64,000 bases of DNA, taken from Neocallimastix sp. 'constans' (lineage: Eukaryota). The position numbers and the translations under genes were made by a program. The notes under the pieces were generated by a model, which saw nothing but the letters and a program-made list of their open reading frames with translations, made no database searches and had not been told where the DNA came from. Each line of letters opens with the position of its first letter. Position 1 is the first letter of the stretch. Shown piece by piece: positions 40,146 through 60,096 of this stretch. The DNA lies in contig JBODTK010000001.1 of assembly GCA_050613775.1 (NCBI GenBank), positions 1,116,001 through 1,180,000 of the forward strand, given 5' to 3'.

Positions 40146-42723
40146 AAATAAATAAATAAATAAATAAATATATAAATAAATATATACATATAAATAAAAA
40201 AAATATAAATTATAAATCATGAAAATTTTAAAATTTTGTATTTGTCATATATATGAAGTAGAAATATCACAACAAAATAAATATCAATGTAATTTATTTT
40301 TTTTTATATTTTTATGAAGAATCTTCGAGATATTGTATTGAATTATAAATTAACATTAATCATAAATGAATATGATTATTATTGTATAAAATATATGTAT
40401 ATTATTTTAAATTCATATTTTTATTATTCATATAAAACAGAATTATATAAACTATTTTGTATATACATACTTATAACTATATAAATAGAAGCAATACAAA
40501 TATATTTTTATTAAAAAAAGACTTAAATTTAAATATATATATATATATATATATTTATTTTAATTGTTATTATTTTTTTTTTATTAATTTAAAATTATTG
40601 TTTTTCAAATGTATTATAATATTTAATAATAAACTATTTATTTATTTAAAAGAAAATAATATGGATATTTATTAATTAGAAATAATACTATAAATAATAC
40701 AGAATTAATAAAACAGGAAAGAGAGTATAAAAATATTATAAAAATATAGAAATCCATTAAATAAATTTTTTAATAAATATTTATTGTATGGAATCTTAAA
40801 AACATCAAGAAATATATTTGTCATTGTAAAAATCTTTTTAAATAGAAATAAATAAAACACTAAAAACTCTTATACTAAATAAACGTAATAATTATGCCAA
40901 AAACTAAACTATTATAATATTTTTATTATATATTTACTAATATTTTTGTTCTTAACTTCGAAATATATTTTTTCAATAAAAAAAAAAAATATACAATAAA
41001 AAATTAATAGTAATAATAATAGTGGGTTTTTAATACAATTATTGCAAATATTTCTATTTTAATTAGATATTATAATATATTATTGTATATACACAATGAT
41101 ATGTATATATATTAAAGAAATAAATTATAGATCATTGATATATGAAAGTATAATATCATTATTTTGAAATAATTATTTTTCTTTATCCACTCCAAATTCT
41201 GCTAAGTACTTTACGAAAGTTTCATATTTTTTTTTTATATCATAATTCGTTCATAGTATCAATTAAATATTTTTATTTTTATTTTTTTTTCATTAAATTG
41301 TTTAATAAGTTAGTATAATAGTTTTTTAATGCTAATTTAATTTATACCAATGTAATGAATCAGTTAAATGCTTTAATTATAATTTTCTTTTAATATTTTG
41401 TCATTAATTTTTGAATAAGAATTTTAATCTTTATTTCTATATTATTGTTTATTATTAATAAATATTTCAGTTAACTGAAATTTTTCAATTTAATTTATGA
41501 AATTTTCCTTTTTTAGTTAATTTATATTATTATTTGTTGAATTTTAATTAATTTTAACTAAATTTAGTTATAATTAAAAAAAAAAAAAAAAAAAAAAATA
41601 TTAAATATAAAAGTGTTAATAATAGTTCAATTTATATTTATTAAAAATGAAATTAGAGATAAAGATAAATCGAATAATTCTTCTATATTTTAATCGATAT
41701 AAAATTGTGATAAAAATGTTTACATAATACATTATTTAAAAAGTTATTATTAATATATTTTATTTTTATTGTATTTATTTTCAAATACTTTTATCAATAA
41801 TTAAAATGAAAAAGAGAAAAATAATAGAAAATATGATGAGAATGAAGAATTAATAAATAATACTATAAATAAAAAATTATTACAATCAGAAGCATTTTTA
41901 AAAGACTTATTTAATAATGCTTTCTTCGGTGTTTAGTAAGAACAATATACTAATACCATAAAAAAATGGAAACTTTAAAAAAAAAAAGATATCGTTTTTT
42001 ATGTCAAAAATTATAAAAAATTAGTTTAGTTAATTATTAACAATAAAAATATAAAAAATCGAAAAAATTAATAATTATTTATATAATGGGAATTATTATA
42101 CATTTATAAAAGGAATAAATATTATTGTGGCGCATATTTTTAATTTATTTCTCTCAATTGTATTTAAATATGACTTAGTTAACACCTTTGAATAAATATT
42201 TTTTAAAAAAACTATTTTTTAATTGAATAAAATTCATTTGTAAAATTATTTTATTCTTTTGAAAGTCAATAATATATATTTATTAATTATTACTTACGTT
42301 TGTATATCATATATTGATTATAAACTGGGGCTTAAAAATGTTATTTTTGTTTTTATTTAAATTTTTATTTTAATTTTTATTTTTATTTTTATTTTTATTA
42401 ATATTTATATAATTTAAAGTTTCAGAAATGGATTAAGATATTTTTAATTTCTTTTTTTTAATATTGTAATTAATTAAAATAATTTAATTTATTTATATTT
42501 ATTTTTTTTTAAAAATAAATTAAAAAACCAAAATTTTTAATTATATCTAATTGGTTAATATTTTTTATTTATGCTTTTGTCCAATCATAAACTGTAAAAT
42601 ATTTTTTGTATAATAAAAGAATTTTAAAAAAATTTTAAAAAAATTTAAAAAAAAAAAAAATTGAAATATTTAATTAAAATTCATATTGATTAAAATTTTT
42701 TTTTTTTTTTTTAAAAAAAAAAA

Positions 42724-44190
42724 ATGACAGTAGTAGGTTTTGATAACGATAAGTATGTCAAAATTCAAAGTGAAAAAATCAAAGAGAGATTTGGTCTTTT
42801 TGATAAATTATATTTAGAAGTTGGTGGAAAACTCTTTGATGATTCTCATGCCGCTAGAATTTTGCCAGGATTTAAAAATGATGTCAAAATTAGTATGTTC
42901 CAAGAACTAAAGAATGATTTAGAAATTATATTTTGTATTAATGCTGGTGATATCGAAAAAAACAAAACTAGAGGTGAATATGATATCTCATATAATCAAG
43001 AATTAATAAAATTAATTAAAAATTCTAAAAAATTAGGATTTACTGTAAATGGAGTTGTCGTAACTTTATACAATAATCAAGTAAGTGCAGATAAATTTAT
43101 CAAAAAGTTAAAAAGAAATGGAATAAAAACTTATATTCATAGAGCAGTTAAAGGTTATCCAACAAATGTCGATGAAATTGTAAGTGAAGAAGGTTATGGT
43201 GCAAATCTATATATTCCAACTACTAAAAAATTAATTTTAGTTAATGCTCCAGGTCCAGGTTCAGGAAAATTAGCTACTTGTTTATCTCAAATATACCACG
43301 AAAACATTAGAGGTGTTAATGCCGGATATGCCAAATTCGAAACATTTCCAGTATGGAATTTACCTTTAAATCATCCTGTAAATTTAGCCTATGAAGCGGC
43401 AACGGCTGATCTAAAAGATGTTAATTTAGTTGATCCTTTCCATTTAAAGAAGTACGGAATTAAGTCAATTAATTATAATAGAGATATTGAAACTTTCCCA
43501 ATTTTAAAAAGTATTTTAAAAAAAGTTTTGAAAAAAGATATATACTACTCTCCTACTGATATGGGCGTTAATATGGTCGGATATTGTATTATAAATAATG
43601 AATTAGTTGAAGAAGCTTCAAAGAAAGAAATTGTTAGAAGGTATTATAATGAATTAAACAATTATAAAATGGGACTTTGTGATGAAGATACGTATAAAAG
43701 AATCAGAAAAATAATGGATAATTTAAATATCAATGAAGATATGTTAGAAGTAGTAAAACCGGCTATTGAAGCTAGTTTAAAGCAAAATGGAAGACCAGTA
43801 ATTGCTATGAAGATTAATGGAAAGATAATAACAGGAAAACAAACGAAATTAATGACAGCACCAGGTGCTGCTATTATTAATGCAATTAAATATTTAAGTA
43901 ATATTCCAGATGATATCCATTTATTAGCTCCTTCAGTTTTAGAACCAATTTTAAAATTAAAGCAAGAAATGAATTCAGGAAATAGATTAATATTATCTGA
44001 AGTATTAACAGCTTTAAGTATTTGCTCTGTAATTAATCCTTTCGCTGCCAAAGCTTTAAGTTTCATACCACATATTAAGAAAAGTGAAGCCCATGCTACC
44101 TATATTATTCCAAGAAGTGATAAAATTACTCTTAAGGAATTAAAAATTAATGTTACCTGTGAGAATGAATATTTAGAAGATGATTTTTAA
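42724..44190 (+). CDS. DUF1846 (UPF0371) family protein with P-loop-like motif, bacterial type, 488 aa
   Basis: Family blocks GFDNDKYVKIQSEKIKER, KLYLEVGGKLFDDSHAARILPGF, APGPGSGKLATCLSQIYHE, AGYAKFETFPVWNLPLNHPVNLAYEAATADL, NYNRDIETFP, YYSPTDMGVNMVG. No introns. Confidence 0.93.
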   Translation: MTVVGFDNDKYVKIQSEKIKERFGLFDKLYLEVGGKLFDDSHAARILPGFKNDVKISMFQELKNDLEIIFCINAGDIEKNKTRGEYDISYNQELIKLIKNSKKLGFTVNGVVVTLYNNQVSADKFIKKLKRNGIKTYIHRAVKGYPTNVDEIVSEEGYGANLYIPTTKKLILVNAPGPGSGKLATCLSQIYHENIRGVNAGYAKFETFPVWNLPLNHPVNLAYEAATADLKDVNLVDPFHLKKYGIKSINYNRDIETFPILKSILKKVLKKDIYYSPTDMGVNMVGYCIINNELVEEASKKEIVRRYYNELNNYKMGLCDEDTYKRIRKIMDNLNINEDMLEVVKPAIEASLKQNGRPVIAMKINGKIITGKQTKLMTAPGAAIINAIKYLSNIPDDIHLLAPSVLEPILKLKQEMNSGNRLILSEVLTALSICSVINPFAAKALSFIPHIKKSEAHATYIIPRSDKITLKELKINVTCENEYLEDDF

Positions 44191-44507
44191 GCAAGAAATT
44201 AAAAATCAGTGTTATCTGTGAAAATGAATATTTGGAAGATGATTTTTTAATAAGGATTACATAATTTTTTTTATTTACATAATTTTTATTTCTTTTTTTT
44301 TTTTTTTTTTTTTTTTTTTCTTTTTTTTTTTAATAATTAATAATTAATAATTAATATTATTTATTATAATAAGTTTAGAAAAAACAAAATAATTTTACAT
44401 TTAGTGATATAGAATATTATTATGTATTTATTTATTTGAAGGTACTATAATGAATTAAATAATTAACCAAAACCAAATGAAAATGAAAACAAAACGAAAT
44501 GTAAAAA

Positions 44508-44572
<65 letters not shown>

Positions 44573-44739
44573 AAAAATAAAATAAAAATAAATAAAAAAT
44601 GATAACAAAAAAAAAAAAAAAAAAAAAAAAAAAATAGTCATAATCAAATAAATGAATATATATATGAATATTATTTTTTTTTTACTACTATTATTTATTT
44701 ATTTATTTATTTATTTTATTTATTTATTATTATTATTTA

Positions 44740-44784
<45 letters not shown>

Positions 44785-45369
44785 GAACAAAAATCCTTGG
44801 ATATTTCTTTAGATTCAGAAAAGGATTATGATAATAATATTTATTTTATTATATTGAGTGCTCTTCTTGGCGGGTGTTCAGTATATAAAAAAAATTAAAC
44901 TTAATGATGGGGAACAAAGACAATTAGTTGACAATATTTTTAAACAAAGTTCAACTTCGTCGACTGTTCTGTATTTTGTGGGGATTGCGGAGTTTCTAAC
45001 AAACGTAATACCATTAATTTGTCGATCTTTTAGATTGATGATGAAATGGTATTTCGTTGAACCTACCGTTGCTAAGAGCGTCGAAATGATAAGGCATGGA
45101 TTTTCACCTTCCGTTGAAAGATCTGATACAGATTCAGTTGATAATACTAATACTGAAATTTTTAATCACAATAATGGACATTGTGTTATCATCAATGAAT
45201 GGGAAAAGTTAGAAACTATTGCTTCTGACGCACTTTCATAATTATATAATATATAATGTTTTATTTATTGAATTTTATTTTTTTTTCATTAAAATCATGT
45301 AATTTTATTATTATTATTATAAATTAAATAAAGTTTTCTCTAAGTCTAAAAAAAAAAAAGAAAAAAAAA
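44785..45369 (+). mobile_element. 5'-truncated LINE 3' end inserted in an (ATT)n microsatellite
   Basis: ORF 44858-45241 is homologous to the C-terminal domain of ORF 51106-51591 (GEQRQL, VG.AEFLT, KSV). CATGTA...AATAAAG, poly(A) at 45348-45369, ATT repeats on both sides. Confidence 0.88.
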
Positions 45370-45388
45370 TTATTATTATTATTATTAA

Positions 45389-45507
<119 letters not shown>

Positions 45508-45682
45508 GTTGTTAAGAGTCCGGAATTTGCGGTTTATAATTATGTCAATTATATTAATATCTTTCATTATAAGGTGTTACTCGCACTTAATTATTCAAAA
45601 TTGAATGCTTTTTTATTAGTACATTATTTATATTTTAATACGTTTCAATACATTTGAAGCTTATTTTTCATATATTTTCACA

Positions 45683-45748
<66 letters not shown>

Positions 45749-46193
45749 AAATTTCTTTTTATTAGTACTTTCATTTCTTCATCAATAATTATATGTAGAG
45801 AATCATAAAAAAATTAAAATTCAATTTTTACAAAAAAAACTGTTCACCAGCAATTTGTTTTTTTATACTTATTAGGCTGTAAATCCACGTGAAATAAATA
45901 CAATATATATAAATATCGAAAGAAAAGATTAGAGCAAAGACTTAATTTTTATTTATTTTTTTTTTTTTTTACTTTATTTTTTTATTTTATTTTTATAATA
46001 ATTTTTTTATTAGTAATATAGTTTAGTTTTTATGTTGAAATGACGACGTTTTGAGACGTTTTGGTCCTGACCATGAAAAAAAAAAGTTTTAATTTTCATT
46101 TTTGACATTGAATTATGGACTGAAAGTAGACTATGTGAGTTCTTAAGTAAATATATATATATATATCGAATTGTAACATAATTATTCATGGAA

Positions 46194-46232
<39 letters not shown>

Positions 46233-46429
46233 ACTATATTAATATGGAAAATTACTTCATCCTAAGAATTAACTATAATAATAAAATGAATTATTTGAAA
46301 ATTATTTTTATGATTACAAAACATTTTCAGATTAAAAGAATAAATTGGAAGATTACTTTATGGATTTACATATTTAACAATATAAATTATAATAGAACTA
46401 GGTATTATTCTGAATCCACTATTCCTATC

Positions 46430-47600
46430 TCTGATAGTCGACCTGTATTGTTAATGCCTTCTCAAATACTTAGTATTTTAAACTCTGTATTTATTAAAAT
46501 ATTAATGGTTGGAACACCAAAAAACGTGACGGACTTATGTAATTTAATCCAATTTTTTAATGCTATTTGTATTTGTTTTTAAGAAGTCGATGATAGTTCT
46601 TTTCTGAATTATTTCTCTAATTTCTATCCATTTCTTAATCATTATAAAACAGTATTGAGACGTTCTGACATGAAAATCTCTGGCGTATATGGCCTTTATA
46701 TTGGTAATCCATAATTTCTGCCAATTCACTAATGATAATTTAGAATATAGATATATATACTCTCAGTAAATATAGTTTCCTTTTGGGGTTATATGTTCAT
46801 TAGGAAGTATTTACATTTCCAGCAAAAAAAAAAAAAAAAGCATAAAGACATGAGAGATAAAGCGAAAACTAATTTTGCTAATTGACTCAAGAATCACTAG
46901 AACAACCCTTCTGTTATTGTTGGCGATTTCAACGTGACTAAAACAGCAATTTGAAAGTTTCATTTTTAGATTTTTTCCTCAATGGTTTGTTATGGTTATG
47001 GTTGGTCACCAGTTTACTTGCTCTAATGGTGGAAGGAATTCTTGTATTGTATTTATAGTTTTTCATGATAAATTAAGAAATTATCTAAATGCTACTTCTG
47101 TATGCAACTCTTTTAATGATATCTCTGACCCTTTGCCAACTTATTTTTTCTTTTTAAAAAAATATCTTTTGATGATTTTACTAGGTCGCCTCCAGGAAAG
47201 ATAAAACATGAAACAATTTTCTCTTATAATAAATTCACATGTTTACTGGATGAATTTAAATTTAAGTATAATAATAATATGGAATTGAACGCAATGATAA
47301 CGAAACTTCTTGCTACAACCAATGAAGTAAGTGATGAAATTCAAACAAGTATTCCTAAATAATCTATAGGGTTCAGCATTTCGTTGCCCTCTTAAATTAA
47401 TAAATTATCTCTTAAAAAAAAAACATTTATTTTATAAAAGGATTAAAAATATTAAATTAAGAAGTGATTTATCTAATTTTCAAGCATTTTATGGTCTCTT
47501 CAAAGAAAGTTTTGATTATATCATCAGTATTAAGAGAATTTTTAGAATAATTAAATAAATTTAAAAATTTGATTTATTCCAATAGCAATAGGAGAATGTT

Positions 47601-47636
<36 letters not shown>

Positions 47637-48497
47637 TGCTCAACGTGGTCGTAGTTGGTCTAAACTTAAGAAAATCTCTAATCTAAACCTTCTTTCTCTC
47701 CTTTTCCTCAATCATATGTGTATAATTAAAAATAAAGTTAAAGGTAATTATTTATCTTCAATCTTCATTTGCGAAATTTGCTAATGAAAGAAAAAAAAAA
47801 AAATTTTTAATGATTAATTTACCCTTCTTACTTTTCTTGACCTTAAGAATAAAAAAGCTTATGATTCTGTCCCTATTTTTATTATTCCTTTTAAATTTTA
47901 ATAAAATTAGTATTGGAGGTAAATGACTACAGTTCATTAGTAATCCATACCTTGTTCAAATTTTAATGGTAAACTTTCAATAAGAATTTCCAATGCATTA
48001 TATTGTTTGCCAAGGGTGTCTTTTATCCCATATTTATATAATATATTTATCAATGATATATATTTGATAAATGCAATAGATATGGTGCAATTACTGAAAG
48101 GAAAAATTGTTGGGGTGGCCTATTTGCTGATGACATTGTTTTATTGGTTTCTACTAAATCCTCTCTTAAAAACTTTCTATATTAAGCTCATGATTAGAAT
48201 ATCAAAAATGAAATGACCTTTGGTGTCAGTAAATGCGCTAAGCTTGTTATTCAACCAAAGAACTTTATACCTTCAAGACCATTATGAAAATCCTATATTT
48301 AAACTTGGCATGAACCATCTACAAAGCACTAATCAATACACATATCTTGGAACACCAAGATGAACAGTAAAATAAATTATACGATTAACTCCTTTTTTAT
48401 ATTTTTAACCAATAGAAACGTACCTTTCTACTTTAAAACTCTCCTTTGTCCTTTAGTTCAATTCATTAAAATACATCTTTTATTAGGATCAAATAAA
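46430..48497 (+). mobile_element. Heavily decayed LINE (APE and RT relics); 5' part may extend to ~45510
   Basis: Broken frames retain NINGWNTKKRDG (~46497), SVIVGDFN (~46910), FLDLK/KAYDSVP (~47835), QGC, GLFADDIV (~48117), KCA and YTYLG (~48337). Confidence 0.85.
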
Positions 48498-50735
48498 TTT
48501 TTTTTTTTTTTTTTTTTTTTTTAGCCTCAATTATTACGAACTTTAATCTTTATTTATTTATTCTTATATAAAATACATGAATACTTTTAATTTTATTAAA
48601 AAATAAAAAAAACACAGATTTAATAAAATAAATAAATATTATTTGTCCAATTTGAACATAATAATAAATGAAATAGTAATGTGAAATAAAAAGTAATAAT
48701 CAAAAATAAGTGTATAAATAAATTCAGAAAAAAGATCATATGCAACAAACCTCAGCTCCTTATGGATTAGGATTTGAATTGTCTATCTGAAAGAAATTAT
48801 GGTCTTCTCCTTCAGAGGCATTGGTCCTGATAGCCTATCTTATTGCATTTTCAGCGTTGACGCTCCTGGTTAGTTTGCGCTTATACTTTCGGAATGGTGA
48901 CCCTTGCCGAGTACTAGCCTGAGGCATAATTTTTCTGTAAAGAGAGCCGCAGATCGCACCAAGAATGGCGTTTTTGAATAATCACCAGAAATGATTTGGT
49001 TCTTAAACAAAATATCCCATTCCTTTTTATAATTTAAATCTATTATATCTGTATCCCTTCCACAAAGAAGAAAGTTATATAATCGGTACCACGTCACATA
49101 TATATTTACACACTTATTATTCAGAAAATTACTTAAATTACCACGATTTTCACCAATTGAACCATTCACTAAATTAGAAGTAATGATATTATAATTTTCA
49201 CTATTACTAATATTAATAATTCTATTTTCACTATCACTATTTCTACTATTATTAACAATATTATTTCTATTGCTAATATTATTAATATTATATACTTCGT
49301 TACTACTATCAGAATCAGAACTAAGTTCTATATTATTCATATCTGTGATAACAGTGTCCTACATTACTATTAGATATTGGACAATATTTAGAAATAATAT
49401 AAAATATTTCATAAAGAATTTCAATATCCTTAAAATATTTCATTCGAAATTCACGGAAAAGATAGCATTTAGAAAATCAATGTTCCAATCGAGGATTACT
49501 ATTTTTTCTATAACAACAAGGACACCTTTCAGGACAGTCTTCTTCAATCATTTTAGCGGCTTTGGCAACACGAGCATCGAATTTATATCTAAATCTGGTA
49601 CGAAGTACCCATCGGAAGTCAATGCTAAATTCAGGATATTTATAATTTAACTTAAGATACTCTCTAGTTTTCTCAAAGTTATTATTTTTATAAGCCTTAG
49701 CTTTGATAGATTTTCCTGCCATATCTCTATTCCAGTGTAAGTTTAAAATAGCTTTTTTTTTTGATGGAAATTTAATAAATTTGTCAGCTAAAATTTACTT
49801 TCTTTATCCCATGCATGACGTCTACAACGAGATATATCTCTAAGTAAATCAGAGATAATACATTTTGAGTTTTTCCATTTTTTAAAACACCTTACCTGAG
49901 CAATCGCACATTTCGCTGAAAGAGGAGGGACGTTAAGTTCTTTAGAAACACAATAAAGGAAAGTAAAGCTATTCCCTTTAGAAAACCCTTCAATTCAGTA
50001 CAATCCTGAATTAACTAGTGCCTGTGTACTTCTCGTTCTATCTTTGTTAGATCCAAGTAGAGGTGCATAATATGAAACTTGTCCAATTACTATAGCTGAA
50101 AATAACATTCTTTTATAAGGGATAGGAATAGGAGGATTCTTAAGAAATCCTTTTATGGAATAAAGTGCATTTCTAACTTTTATTATTCATTCTCTGTATG
50201 ATCGGATTCAATTCTAAATCATTTGAAAATGGTACACCTATGTAGGTATAGCAATTCGTTTTAGGTAACTCTTGACTTGAAAGATAAAAGGTAGGATTAC
50301 TATTATAAAGAAATCTAGAAACTTCCCCTCGTACAACTAGACTGGCACATTTATTGATTACCAAATTGCATTTCATTATTTCTAGCCCATTTACTGGCAA
50401 ACTTTAACAATTTCTTAAGTTAGGATCTTGTTGGAACACATAACACAATGTCATCTGCAAAAAGACCTCCACAACAACGTTTATCACCAATAGAGAATGC
50501 CATATTTATTACAATTATTAAAAATATCATTAATGAACAAGTTAAACAAAATTGGTGAGAGGGGACAACCTTGACGAACTCCTTTCTTAATATTAAATAA
50601 ATCCGATAAATGTCCATCAACCCTTACACAAGCCTTGGAAGATAAGTATAAATTTCCAATAAAATTATAGCACTTACATCTAATACCTAAATGATGAATC
50701 TTCATTAATACATTATATATGGGCACTGAGTCATT
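48498..50735 (-). mobile_element. 5'-truncated, frameshifted LINE (RT to 3' end), close relative of the intact element
   Basis: T-run at 48498-48522. ORF pieces GVRQGCPLSPILFNLF, CCGGLFADDIV, DARVAKAAKMIEEDCPERCPCC, YSKTPFLV. Confidence 0.93.
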
Positions 50736-50937
50736 TATACCAACACCTTCATATTATTCATGAATAATAAAAAAAAAAAAAAAAAGCACGTAGAGTAACA
50801 ATATACAAGCACAATAATAAACTTCCCGGAGAAATATGAAAATATTACTACAAAAATGTTCATTATAAAAATACTCCTGCGCATTTATTTATTTTTATTT
50901 TTTTATTTATTTATTGTTATTGTTATTTTTTTTTAAT

Positions 50938-52618
50938 TTTTTTTTTTTTTTTGAAACAGGGAAGAGAATACACTTCCAAAACTTTATTAATTTTATTTAA
51001 AAAATACATGTAGGTGAAAAGTACATTTGAAATTAAAAATAAAAAATTTAAAAAATAAAAAAAAATAAAAAAGCTCGAAAATACTATGTATTTCGGCAAG
51101 TCGTACTATGCGGGAATTTTTCCCTTCCTAACAAATAAAAAAGAAATAAAACCTAGAAGTAACATCTTTAAAATAGATAGTGTTGTGTCCACTAAACTCT
51201 CCCCGGATTCATCATTTATTGAACTACTAAGGTGAGATTCATCCTTCGTAGAAATAGATGCTGATCCTGTATTATCATTATGCCTTATCAGTACGACGTC
51301 GACGCTCTTGGATAAGTTTGGTATTTTGCAATACCTATCAAATAATAGCTCAAACGAACTATTTATGATAGGTATTGCACTTGTTAAGAATTCCGCCAAG
51401 CCCACAATTTTTGGAACAGGTGACTCAGATGAACCTTTGAAAAGTAGTTCATTTAATTGTCTCTGTTCCCCACTATCGAAATGTAGCTCATTTAAAACTA
51501 AAGTCCCACCAAGAAGGAACAAGTATATATAATGATTGATATAATCTTCAAAATTAGAAATAGAGTCATAGGAAGAAAGAGGATTAAACACTCTAATCTT
51601 CCTAAGGAATAAAACATAGAGATCATCGATGAAATTTAAAGAATTCCATCTAAAAAATGCAAGAGCATCGCATTTAAAAATTCAATGTTCAAAAGATTGT
51701 TTATCTTCGCCACAACAGGGGCAAGACTTGGGACAATCTTCTGAAACTCTACCCATTCTAATAGCAATAGTAGTATTATATTTATAACCACAGCGTAAAC
51801 GTATAATCCACGAAAACCCTAAGTTGAATTGGGGATATTTTAAGCTAAGCATAATTATAGCTTTATTGCTTGAGAACTTATTACAATCGTAATTTTGACC
51901 TTTAATACCTTGAAATTTGGCAACTGATTTCCAATAACGTTCTAAAATATCGTCATATTTTTCACATTTATATTTTTTGATTTTTTTATACAGTGTTCTA
52001 GATTCTTTAGTCGAGGAATAATAAGGCTTTTTGGGAATAGATTTAATAAGATCCTTTATAATACAGTTTGATTTACTCCATTTTTGCAAATGATTTAATC
52101 TGTAAGGCTGCGCAGACACCAACAATAGGAGGAATGCTTAGATCTCGAGATAAAGCATAAGTACTCATAGTAGAATTATGTCTAATATAGTCATTGTCTT
52201 CTGAACTTGTTTTACCATTTTTAGAGAAGGAGCCGATACACCAAAATAGACCAGTATTAATTAATGTTTGAATTCTGGCCGTTCTAAATTTGTTTGAACC
52301 AAGTAAAGGAGAATAATAAATTACTTTACTAATAACAAAAGATTGAAGAACTTTTTTCTTGTATGCAATAGGAATAAGTTTATTTGAGAAGAAACGTGTA
52401 AATGAAAGAAGGGATTTTCTAACTTTAAAATGCATGTGAGATATAATGTGTTCTAGTAAGAGATCATCAGAAAAAGGAATACCAAGATAAATATAATTAG
52501 AAACTTTAGGAATAGCATTCATTCCTAAAAAGAAGGTTTGATCACTATAGTTTGGAGGAGATTGGAAGTTCATTGGTTTTATAACCATAGTTGCACATTT
52601 TTCAATACCAAAAGTCAT
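50938..52618 (-). mobile_element. 5'-truncated LINE of a second lineage (RT thumb to 3' end)
   Basis: T-run ending at 50952. ORF pieces FGIEKCATM, YLGIPF, PLLGSNK, CPKSCPCC, FLLGG, KSV. Probable TSD TTATTTTTTTT(T)AAT at 50923-50937 and 52619-52632. Confidence 0.92.
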
Positions 52619-53046
52619 TTATTTTTTTTAATAGTAATAAAATATTTCATAAAAAATTAATATATGATAATTCAAATTAATAAATAAATAAATAAAAAAT
52701 AAACAGATAGATTGATAAATAAATAAATAAATAATATATAAAGGGGCAATAAAAAAAATTTTTTTTTTTATTTTTTCTATTTTTTTATTTTATTATTTTT
52801 ATTTTATTATTTTTATTTTATTTTATTTTATTATTTTATTTTTTATTTTTTTTTTTATTATTTTATTTTATATTTTTATTTATTACTTTTATTATTTTTA
52901 TTTTTATTATTATTTTTTATTGTATTTTTTTAATTCTTTTATCTTTTATTATTAAATGTTTATTTTCATTGTGTTATTAATTTACTTTTATGTATTAGTG
53001 TTAATTATTAATTATAATTATGGATTAGTAATAATTTATTAAAAAT

Positions 53047-53096
<50 letters not shown>

Positions 53097-53152
53097 TATT
53101 TGGTTTCTTTTGTAATTCTTATTAAATTATTTATTAATATTATATTATATTA

Positions 53153-53224
<72 letters not shown>

Positions 53225-53432
53225 CTTTATTTTATTTTATTTTATTTTATTTTATTTTTAATTGTTTAATACTGTATTACTATTAACTACTAGTATTTTT
53301 TTATTTATAAATTATTTCTAATTAATTATTAATTATTATTATTATTATTATTAATTATTTTAATAAATTAGTTTTATTATTATTAGTTAATTAACAAATT
53401 ATTATTTAATGTTATTGTTTTAATAAAGGATT

Positions 53433-59168
<5,736 letters not shown>

Positions 59169-59828
59169 ATTTATTATAATATTATTTTATACATAAAACA
59201 TAAAATCTGTAAAATAATTTTTATTTTATTTATTCTTTCTTTTTCTAGTATAGAGTTATAAATTATAATACTACTTTTTCTTCTATAAAGTAATAAAAAG
59301 TAATATAAATTCAAATTGAATGAATTAAATTATATTAAAACAATATGAAACAAATATAAAACATATATACAATATTTATTATTATTATATAAGGAAATTC
59401 AATTATACAAATTTGTATTCCCTTATACTTATATATGTAAGATTGAATAATTATGATTTATCGGGTATATTAATAAATTTTATTAATGAACAATATTTTA
59501 TTTAAAATAAAATATTTATATATATTTTATCAACTATTTCCTAAATCCTTTATTTTTCTTTTATTATTATTATTTATTGTTAATATTATACACCCTTTTA
59601 TATAAATGAATTCGTTTTATATTATTGTTATTTTATTATTTATTATCTATTATTATTTTTTTACTACTATTATTAAAACAATATATTTTTAAAATTATTT
59701 ATATAAAAAAAATAAAAATAAAAATTAATACTTTTAAATTTTTAAAATATAATTTCTAAATAATATTCTTCATACTTACCTTTTTAATTATATTGTTTAT
59801 AATTTAATATTTTATTATTATATATTTA

Positions 59829-59875
<47 letters not shown>

Positions 59876-59890
59876 AAATAATGTAAATTA

Positions 59891-59934
<44 letters not shown>

Positions 59935-60040
59935 AGAATTTCATTTATTTTTATTAAATGAAATTTCAACTTCAATAAAGATAAAAAAATAAATATGTAG
60001 TTCTTTTATATTTTTTGATTTTCTTTATATTATGGTATAT

Positions 60041-60096
<56 letters not shown>

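Noticed and set aside
59771..59782. ATACTTACCT resembling the 5' end of U1 snRNA
   Set aside because: No U1 stem-loops or Sm site follow; better explained as a minus-strand splice donor.
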